This document shows positions 16,289-23,640 of a stretch of DNA of 42,058 bases, in pieces. The stretch's first letter is position 1. The number at the start of each line of letters is the position of its first letter. Below the pieces are notes generated by a model that saw only the letters and a program-made list of their open reading frames with translations, did no database searches and was not told where the DNA came from. The position numbers and the translations under genes were made by a program. Source of the stretch: a virus; the IMG/VR virus record IMGVR_UViG_3300045988_049432. One strand, given 5' to 3'.

Positions 16289-18005
16289 TGAAGAAAAGAA
16301 AGTTATCAGACTGTTAGAAGTTGTATATGAGAGGGCAAAAAAGGACTGTGAACAGAAAATCATGGAACTGTCTGCAAGGACAGACCTTGAAAATCTGCAA
16401 AGTATAGTATACCAAAAGGAATATCAGCAAATGATGGTTGATCAGCTTGAAGCAATGCTTTATGACCTACATGAAGGTCAATTTACAACCATTACTGATT
16501 ACTTGGAACAGTCATATATCAACGGTTACGTTGGTATGTTCTATGATTTGCAAAGTACAGGTATATCGCTTGTAATACCAATTCAGCAAGATCAGGTTGT
16601 CAAAGCATTGAAAACCAACAGTAAACTGTCAAGCGGTCTGTACACCAAACTTGGTGAAGATGTTGGTTACCTTAAGCGGTCAATTCGTGCTGAACTTTCA
16701 AGAGGGATTGCAAGCGGTTCAACATGGAATGAAATGGCATTAAGAATTGCCAAGGGTATGAACAGCCCTTTTCGTAAAGCATATAACAATGCAATACGGA
16801 TTGCCCGGACGGAAGGACATAGAATACAGAATGAAGCAGCCCTTGACGGTCAGCATGGGGCAAAGAAAAAAGGTGCTGATATAGTCAAACAGTGGGATTC
16901 CACACTTGACGGACGGACAAGGGACGAACACCGGGAATGTGACGGACAGATCAGGGAGATTGATGAACCGTTTGATGTTGGCGGTGAGAAAATGCAAGCA
17001 CCTGGTGTTGGCGGTTCTGCAAGGAACGTTTGTAACTGTCGGTGCTGTCTGCTGCAACGTGCAAAATGGGCTTTAGACGATGATGAATTAAAGACCTTAC
17101 AAGAACGTGCAGCATTCTTTGGATTGGATAAAACACAGTCGTTCAACGACTTCAAACAGAAATATTTGAAGTTACCTGACAATGCTGATACAATGAATGT
17201 GAAAGAATATGATGTGTTGACACACACCCAAAAGCTAAAGGGTGCAATGAGTAGTTCAGATTATGATGAATACATGAAGATTCTGACTGAACATAGTAAT
17301 ACATCACTTCAAAAATTGTATGCAAAGTATGCCGATCAGATCAACGGTGTAGCGTATGGGAAAAGTGGTTATTATTCACCGAGTGGTAATAATCTTGTTT
17401 TTTCATATCCACTACAAAGACACCTTGACGGTGGTAGAAGTAAATACAGTACATTAGCACATGAATATGGTCATTATTTTGATAAAAAAGCAGAATACGA
17501 AGGGCTTCATTTCAAAGAAATAGAACTTATACACAGCAAAACAAAGTGGTTAGAAAAGATGTTTGATAAGATTGCAAGTTCTTCTGATGAATTTCTTGCA
17601 GCAGTCAGAAAGGACAGGGAACTGTTAAAAGAAACACTTACTGATGAGAGCAAGAAAGACCTTAGAGATCATGACGCAAGTGCAGGTGTACAAGACGCTA
17701 TTGACGGACTTCTTGCAGAAAGGATTAGTTGGGGTCATGGTGACAAATACTATAACCGTAAATATCATTCTGCAAAGCAAATGAAAGATCATAAGGGAAT
17801 ACAGGCAGCATATAAAGAACTTGGTATTGATGCAAGTAATTTAGGTAAGACTGCTTTTGAGTGTAGGGTTTATGAATCTGCATCTGAAATGTGGGCTAAT
17901 ATCATGGATGCAGAAGTAAACGGTGGTTCTGAACTGGAATATGTGAAGAAGTATCTGCCAAACAGTTATGAAGCATTCATTGAAATTCTGAAAGGGGTAA
18001 AATAA
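16248..18005 (+). CDS. Head morphogenesis protein (SPP1 gp7 / Mu F-like) fused to a C-terminal HExxH domain
   Basis: ARTEGHRIQNEA ... WDSTLDGRTRDEHRECDGQ is the gp7 core. The C-terminal ~280 aa carry LAHEYGHYFD (17460-17474) and a downstream ESASEMWAN. Confidence 0.8.
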   Translation: MNKAQKEVQQAQLDEEKKVIRLLEVVYERAKKDCEQKIMELSARTDLENLQSIVYQKEYQQMMVDQLEAMLYDLHEGQFTTITDYLEQSYINGYVGMFYDLQSTGISLVIPIQQDQVVKALKTNSKLSSGLYTKLGEDVGYLKRSIRAELSRGIASGSTWNEMALRIAKGMNSPFRKAYNNAIRIARTEGHRIQNEAALDGQHGAKKKGADIVKQWDSTLDGRTRDEHRECDGQIREIDEPFDVGGEKMQAPGVGGSARNVCNCRCCLLQRAKWALDDDELKTLQERAAFFGLDKTQSFNDFKQKYLKLPDNADTMNVKEYDVLTHTQKLKGAMSSSDYDEYMKILTEHSNTSLQKLYAKYADQINGVAYGKSGYYSPSGNNLVFSYPLQRHLDGGRSKYSTLAHEYGHYFDKKAEYEGLHFKEIELIHSKTKWLEKMFDKIASSSDEFLAAVRKDRELLKETLTDESKKDLRDHDASAGVQDAIDGLLAERISWGHGDKYYNRKYHSAKQMKDHKGIQAAYKELGIDASNLGKTAFECRVYESASEMWANIMDAEVNGGSELEYVKKYLPNSYEAFIEILKGVK

Positions 18006-18006
18006 T

Positions 18007-18189
18007 ATGAGTGAGAAATTACAGAAAGCACTTGAACGATATAAGAAAAAATTCAATGATGATTTTCCAACTATTCCATTTGATAGCCGGGAAGATGCAG
18101 AGATCATTGATATTATTGATGAATGTATCGAAGAAAACAAAGATGTTTATGATCTTGGGTACTTATCACTTGACGATATAATGTATTAA
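18007..18189 (+). CDS. Small acidic hypothetical protein
   Basis: 60-aa ORF tightly coupled to the upstream stop. Confidence 0.45.
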   Translation: MSEKLQKALERYKKKFNDDFPTIPFDSREDAEIIDIIDECIEENKDVYDLGYLSLDDIMY

Positions 18190-18192
18190 AAA

Positions 18193-18226
18193 GCAAAGGT
18201 ATACAATTCTGCACCTTTGCTTTTTT
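18193..18226 (+). terminator. Rho-independent terminator inside the head-gene block
   Basis: GCAAAGGT ... ACCTTTGC stem followed by TTTTTT. Confidence 0.7.
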
Positions 18227-18454
18227 ATTACCTATATGACCGTTATATAAGGTCAGAAAGGGGGATAAAAGGAACATGAAAGCGTTGCACATTCACTTGG
18301 TACTGTAGAAAGGTATGGTGATCCTGATTATCTCCCAACTATGGGTTAAATAGTATTTTTAAGGCATCCGCAAGGGTGTCTTTTCTTTTGTCCGAAAAAG
18401 GCTCATGACGTTTAAACTGCTGCTGAAATGACCCCTGCAACATGGGATATAAAC

Positions 18455-18484
18455 TGTTGACCGTTCCCGGTGACACCGGATATA
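18455..18484 (+). promoter_or_regulatory. Possible promoter TTGACC-18-TATAAA for the scaffold/capsid genes
   Basis: -35 at 18455-18460 and -10 at 18479-18484. It lies 29 nt upstream of the scaffold ATG. Confidence 0.35.
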
Positions 18485-18512
18485 AAAACATGACGGAGAA
18501 AGGAAGAAGAAC

Positions 18513-19184
18513 ATGGAATTTTTAAAAGCATTTTTTGGTGATAAGGCTATCACCTATGATGAACTGGTACAGGCCATCAATGCCTATAACGGTGATGAAA
18601 AGAACAAAGAGAAGCTGATCAAGATGGTCAACCTTACTGATGGTGGTTATGTGTCTAAGGACAAATACACTAATCTTGAAACTGACCTTTCCGGTAAGAC
18701 TACAGAACTGACAAAGGCTAATAACCTGATTGAAGAACTGAAAAAATCAGCCGGAAAAGATGAAGAAACACAGCAGAAAATTACTGCATATGAAACAGAG
18801 ATTGCAGACCTTAAGAAAGAGAATGCAGAACTGAAAACAGAAAATGCATTGAAATTTGCGTTGGTTGCAGCAGGTGCGGTTGATGTTGATTATCTTGTAT
18901 TCAAGGCAAAGGAAAAAGGTGAAATCAAACTTGGTGATGATGGAAAAATCAAGGGTGAAGATGATCTGATTTCAGGTCTTAAAACACAGCATCCTACCAT
19001 GTTTGAAGCATCCAATGGCAATCAGCAGCAGAGTGGTAACAGAAAAATTCTTGAAAACAACCTGCCGGGTGGGGATAAAGACAAGACAGTTACCAAAGAA
19101 CAGTTCCTTAAGATGGGTTACAACGAAAGAATGAAACTCAAAGAGGAAAACCCGGAGTTATTCAAACAGTTAAATGTACACTAA
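18513..19184 (+). CDS. Scaffolding protein (GP20-like)
   Basis: Coiled-coil, charged protein directly before the capsid gene. The N-terminus FLKAFFGDKAITYDEL and KDKYTNLETDL are typical of the family. Confidence 0.7.
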   Translation: MEFLKAFFGDKAITYDELVQAINAYNGDEKNKEKLIKMVNLTDGGYVSKDKYTNLETDLSGKTTELTKANNLIEELKKSAGKDEETQQKITAYETEIADLKKENAELKTENALKFALVAAGAVDVDYLVFKAKEKGEIKLGDDGKIKGEDDLISGLKTQHPTMFEASNGNQQQSGNRKILENNLPGGDKDKTVTKEQFLKMGYNERMKLKEENPELFKQLNVH

Positions 19185-19207
19185 GAAAGGTTAAAATGGT
19201 GAATTAA

Positions 19208-20230
19208 ATGGCAAGAACAGGAAATTTTGGCGGTTTTGCTTTTGATGAAGAAGTATTTACCGGGATGATGCAGGAAGCCGACTATTGGACTACACCAATC
19301 ATTGCTTCCGGTATCGTGCAGCAGGACAGTTCTATTATGGACTTAATCGGTGAGCATGGAAACGTGGCAACAATTCCAATTTATAAACCGATTGACGCAA
19401 ATGAAAGCGGTATGGAAGCACTGAACAACGATGGTGAAACAAACAACACACCTGTTGAAATCAGCGGTGACAAACAGACTTGTATGCTTATTCAGAGAAT
19501 GAAAGCATTCAAGGCTAAAGACTTCACAAAGGAATTAACTGGTGCTGACCCTATGACACTGATCAGAAATAAGATTGCAGGTTATTATGGTCAGGTTTGG
19601 GAAAAAGAACTGATGAACATTGCACAGGCAGTGTTAGCAGTTGCAGCACTTAGTGATCATGTACTTGATCTTACTAAAGGTACTAAGACAAACATTGAAG
19701 CAGGTACAATTTACGATGCAGAACAGGCAGCACTTGGTGATATGGCAGGTGGTCTTGGTCTGATGGTTATGCATTCCATGATCTTCAAAGAGTACAAGAA
19801 AATGGAAATGGTTGACTATGATAAGTATGTTGTCAACGGTGTAATTCAGAAAGAAATTACATTGCCGACTATCGCAGGTAAACACGTACTTGTAACTGAT
19901 AGATTTACAGCTACAGGGGCAGGTACAGATGCGGTTTACAGCACATATCTGTTTGGTGAAGGTGCATTTTTATCTTGCGATAAGAACAACTATGAGAATC
20001 AGTATACAACCAACTATGACCCGGAAGCATCCGCAGGTATTGACAAGTTCTATACAAAGCAGGGTAAGGTGCTGCATCCGAATGGTCTTTCTTTAGCAGT
20101 TGATCAGATTGCAAAAGAATCACCGACTTATGCAGAACTTGGTAAGTCTGCAAACTACAGCCTTAAGTTCAATACAAAGAACGTTAAGATGGGTCTTATC
20201 AAGTCCAAGGTTGGTACAGCAGTTGTCTAA
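19208..20230 (+). CDS. Major capsid protein
   Basis: 340 aa after the scaffold gene, with a strong RBS. Confidence 0.75.
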   Translation: MARTGNFGGFAFDEEVFTGMMQEADYWTTPIIASGIVQQDSSIMDLIGEHGNVATIPIYKPIDANESGMEALNNDGETNNTPVEISGDKQTCMLIQRMKAFKAKDFTKELTGADPMTLIRNKIAGYYGQVWEKELMNIAQAVLAVAALSDHVLDLTKGTKTNIEAGTIYDAEQAALGDMAGGLGLMVMHSMIFKEYKKMEMVDYDKYVVNGVIQKEITLPTIAGKHVLVTDRFTATGAGTDAVYSTYLFGEGAFLSCDKNNYENQYTTNYDPEASAGIDKFYTKQGKVLHPNGLSLAVDQIAKESPTYAELGKSANYSLKFNTKNVKMGLIKSKVGTAVV

Positions 20231-20244
20231 GAAAGGGTGATCTG

Positions 20245-20769
20245 ATGATATTAGCAGTTGATGATGTAATGAAATTACCTGAATTTGCTGTGCAAAATGA
20301 AAAGGTGATTGAAGAAAAACTGAACGCTGCTGAACTTATGATCAGAGCATACACTAATAACAATTTTCAGAATCGGTTTGTTCGTTTTACCGCTGATAGT
20401 TTGGGTAATCGTTTGCTTAGAACATCAGATTTCTTAAAAGTGGGTGATACAGTTCAGATTTCACAGTCAATGGTGAATGATGGACTGTATACCATTACTG
20501 AAATTGGTGATGATTTCATCAGAGTTAATCAGGAGTTGTATAAAAGTACAAACCTGATTACTAAGGTTGAATATCCGGCTGATATTCGTGCAGGTGTGCT
20601 TGAACTGCTTAAGTGGGATATTAAGAACAGACCGAAAACCGGGGTCAAGTCTGAAACGCTGTCAAGATACAGTGCAACTTACTTTGATCAGGATGCTAAC
20701 AATCAGGTTATGGGCTATCCTGTTGCCCTACTTGGATTCTTAAAGCCTTATATAAAGGCTAGATTCTGA
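20245..20769 (+). CDS. Head-tail connector / adaptor protein
   Basis: Called from position and size in a conserved siphovirus gene order. Confidence 0.55.
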   Translation: MILAVDDVMKLPEFAVQNEKVIEEKLNAAELMIRAYTNNNFQNRFVRFTADSLGNRLLRTSDFLKVGDTVQISQSMVNDGLYTITEIGDDFIRVNQELYKSTNLITKVEYPADIRAGVLELLKWDIKNRPKTGVKSETLSRYSATYFDQDANNQVMGYPVALLGFLKPYIKARF

Positions 20770-20773
20770 TTAT

Positions 20774-21190
20774 ATGAGCGTTGGCGGTAACATTCAAGCA
20801 TTGTTACAGGTAAAAAAGAACGGTGCTAAAAATGCCATAGGTGAGCGTGTAAACACATGGGTTGATTGTACATCAATCTTAGGTTGGTTGGACTTATCAA
20901 CAGGTGATTCAAAGCACACAACTTTTTATGCCAAGGTTCAGGAAAGTACACACATTTTCTTGTGTGACTTTACCAACCTTAAGAATTTGTCAACTGATTG
21001 GGTTTGGAATCCATTCAGTTTTCTGACAGGTGTGATCAGTAAGACGGATGAACAGGAAACCGTTAATGTGACAAGTGACAATGCAAGAATGGTTGTAAAT
21101 GGTGAAGTGTATGAAATCCTTCTGATTGATGACCCTATGAATATGCATGATCATTTAGAAATCTATTTAAGATTTATAGGGGGTCAGTAG
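20774..21190 (+). CDS. Head closure / head-tail joining protein
   Basis: Called from position and size. Confidence 0.5.
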   Translation: MSVGGNIQALLQVKKNGAKNAIGERVNTWVDCTSILGWLDLSTGDSKHTTFYAKVQESTHIFLCDFTNLKNLSTDWVWNPFSFLTGVISKTDEQETVNVTSDNARMVVNGEVYEILLIDDPMNMHDHLEIYLRFIGGQ

Positions 21191-21191
21191 T

Positions 21192-21614
21192 ATGTCAGTT
21201 GAGTTTACAGATAACACAGCAAAAATTAAAGCTGCATTATCGGAAGGGGTTATTGGATTCCTTCACGAAGCAGGTGGTGAAATACAGGCACAGACCCAAA
21301 GAAACAGCCGGGTTGATACCGGACAAACAAAGGGGTCTTACAAATATATGGTTGATGAAGGAAAAGATGAATCAACTGTTGCTGTAGGTTCAGACCTTGA
21401 AAATGCGATTTGGGAAGAATTTGGTACTGGTGAATATGCACTGCATGGTGATGGAAGAAAAGGCGGTTGGGTTTATAAGAGTAAGAAAGACGGTAAATTT
21501 TACCATACTTACGGAAAAACACCACGACAACCACTCACGAAAGCATTTCAGAGTGTAGCCCCAAAGATAAAGAAACAGCTTGTAAATGTCATTAAACAGA
21601 ATTTAGGGGGTTAA
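21192..21614 (+). CDS. HK97 gp10-like neck/tail-component protein
   Basis: SRVDTGQTKGSYKY resembles the VDTG-L motif of the HK97 gp10 family. Confidence 0.6.
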   Translation: MSVEFTDNTAKIKAALSEGVIGFLHEAGGEIQAQTQRNSRVDTGQTKGSYKYMVDEGKDESTVAVGSDLENAIWEEFGTGEYALHGDGRKGGWVYKSKKDGKFYHTYGKTPRQPLTKAFQSVAPKIKKQLVNVIKQNLGG

Positions 21615-21616
21615 TT

Positions 21617-21982
21617 ATGGTTGATATGCTTGGTTTTATTTCTGATCAGCTTGATCAACTTGGTATTCCCTATGAATTTGGTGAATGGACAGGTGAAATT
21701 AGCTATCCTTACTTTGTCGGTTCGTTCAATGAAACTGAACACAGATTAGAGGACGGATATACAGGCGGTGTGTTTACACTTGACGGTTGGTCAAGGGGGT
21801 CAAAATTACCGCTTGCAGAAATAAATGACAAATTAAAAAAAGTATTTGAAGATTTAAGGGCAGTTCGGGAAGGAACTGCTTTTTTTATTACCTATTGGAA
21901 CGGTTTAATGATTCCAACAGGTGAAGAAGACCTTTTTAGAATTACGATAACACTTAACACAAATGAGTGGAAAGGAGCATAA
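21617..21982 (+). CDS. Tail completion / tail terminator protein
   Basis: It lies immediately before the major tail protein gene. Confidence 0.5.
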   Translation: MVDMLGFISDQLDQLGIPYEFGEWTGEISYPYFVGSFNETEHRLEDGYTGGVFTLDGWSRGSKLPLAEINDKLKKVFEDLRAVREGTAFFITYWNGLMIPTGEEDLFRITITLNTNEWKGA

Positions 21983-21986
21983 AAGA

Positions 21987-22571
21987 ATGGGCTTAAAAAA
22001 GCATGGTATTACATCTGAAACTATCAAGAATATGATCTTGGGTGCAGGTGTCATTTACAAAAATCTTAAGTATGAGAAACCAAGCAACGGTTGGACTGGT
22101 ACACCACTTGGTGCAACTTCCGGGGGTCTTAAGTTCAACTATGAGGCACAGTGGCTTGATGTTGAGGTGGACGGTGCAACGGTGCTGATCAAAGGTGTCA
22201 GTAAACAGAAGGTTGGTGAATCTGCCACACTTGAAGGTCAGATGACAGAACTTACAGAAGATATTCTTGTAAGTGCATTACACCTTGTAAAATCCACTTC
22301 CGAAGATACAACCTATGTCAAATATGTATCTAAGGAAAACATCACAGAAGCAGATTATCTTGAAAATGTTGCATATGTTGGAACACTTTCAAGCGGTAAA
22401 AATGTAATTATTATTTTACCGAACGCACTCTGCACAGAAGCGTTTGAACTGGAAACAAAGAACGCTGAACAGACAACATTTGCTGTCAAGTTTGAGTGTA
22501 CAGCTGATCTTGAAAACGACAGCTTAAACAAGTTGGATATTGCTATTTACTATCCAAACGCTGTTGTGTAG
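21987..22571 (+). CDS. Major tail protein
   Basis: ATG 9 nt after GGAAAGGAG. About 194 aa, in front of the chaperone pair and the tape measure. Confidence 0.65.
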   Translation: MGLKKHGITSETIKNMILGAGVIYKNLKYEKPSNGWTGTPLGATSGGLKFNYEAQWLDVEVDGATVLIKGVSKQKVGESATLEGQMTELTEDILVSALHLVKSTSEDTTYVKYVSKENITEADYLENVAYVGTLSSGKNVIIILPNALCTEAFELETKNAEQTTFAVKFECTADLENDSLNKLDIAIYYPNAVV

Positions 22572-22583
22572 GGGGTGTGAATT

Positions 22584-22901
22584 ATGCGAGTTGTAGTAGT
22601 AAGAGAATATACAGACAAGTACACAGGTGAAGGTCATGTGATCGGTGAAAAACTGGATATGACAGAAGAAAGATTTGCAGAAATTCAGGACAAAGGAATG
22701 TTTGTGGTTGATATTTCTGATGAAGTAGTGCAGCAGGAAACACCTGCTGTATCTGCTGAACAGGTAGAAGATCAGGAACAGGAAACAGCAAGTGAACAGA
22801 CTGAACCTGTTGAACATGAAGAAACATCTGCACCAAAACAGGATAAACCTGCAAAAGGTGGTAGAAGAAACAGATCGAAAAAAGAAAGTGAGGATAAATA
22901 A
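22584..22901 (+). CDS. Hypothetical acidic low-complexity protein
   Basis: 105-aa ORF with a Glu/Gln-rich C-terminal half. Confidence 0.45.
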   Translation: MRVVVVREYTDKYTGEGHVIGEKLDMTEERFAEIQDKGMFVVDISDEVVQQETPAVSAEQVEDQEQETASEQTEPVEHEETSAPKQDKPAKGGRRNRSKKESEDK

Positions 22902-22903
22902 TC

Positions 22904-23350
22904 ATGGCAGATTTCAGATTTAAGGATTTAACAGTTGATAACGCATTTGACTTTTGTGAGGTTCTTGCAGTTATCGGAGTAGAACAGGTTATTGGTGCAT
23001 TTGACAAAGACGAGATTCAGCAGTTGCAGGAATCCGGTACAGATATGAAAGAAGTTGGTATTGTCATTGCTATGAAGGTGTGTGGCATTCTGATCAAGAA
23101 CATTTCAAAGGCAAGAAATGAAATCTGTAAGTTTTTTGCTAACTGTATGGAGTGGGACAACGGTACAGCGGTTACTGCTGATGATGTGAAGAAATTCAAG
23201 CTGAAACAGTTTGTTGTCATGGTGAAAGATTTTGCTAAGAAAGATGATCTTATGGATTTTTTCGAGGGTGTTGCCGAATTAGTGGGTACGGAACAGAACG
23301 ATTCGATGAATGCTGCAACCGTAGATATGGTAACCCCTACAGCTATTTAG
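22904..23350 (+). CDS. Tail assembly chaperone (gpG-like)
   Basis: It lies directly before the tape measure and contains the slippery T_TTT_TTC at 23257-23263. Confidence 0.7.
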   Translation: MADFRFKDLTVDNAFDFCEVLAVIGVEQVIGAFDKDEIQQLQESGTDMKEVGIVIAMKVCGILIKNISKARNEICKFFANCMEWDNGTAVTADDVKKFKLKQFVVMVKDFAKKDDLMDFFEGVAELVGTEQNDSMNAATVDMVTPTAI

Positions 23351-23637
23351 ATAAAGCAATCAGCCGGGGGAAATTAGACGCTACTGTTAGAACAGTCCTG
23401 AAACAGGACAATGAAGATAAACAGTGGGACTTATACTGTGCAATCACAGCAAACCCACTTGCTGATGATGTTGGAAATTTTGAAGAATTTAAACAGCGGT
23501 TTATGAGTACAGCACCGAAAGTTGAAAAGACTGAACAAACTGAACCGACAATGAACAATGCACAGATTAAGTTACAGGTAGAAAAAGCAAATAAAATTCT
23601 GAATGGATTCGTGCCACCGTTGAAAGGGGGTGGCTAA
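23257..23637 (+). CDS. -1 frame extension giving the gpGT-like chaperone fusion
   Basis: The -1 frame is open from 23248 to TAA 23635-23637, just before the tape measure start at 23641. The heptamer gaT TTT TTC lies in the zero frame. Confidence 0.65.
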   Translation, partial: FFRGCCRISGYGTERFDECCNRRYGNPYSYLDKAISRGKLDATVRTVLKQDNEDKQWDLYCAITANPLADDVGNFEEFKQRFMSTAPKVEKTEQTEPTMNNAQIKLQVEKANKILNGFVPPLKGGG

Positions 23638-23640
23638 TCG

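Noticed and set aside
18459-18469. Shared 11-mer CCGTTCCCGGT at 18459 and 39797
   Set aside because: Hundreds of shared 11-mers are expected by chance in a 42-kb sequence, and the flanks are unrelated.
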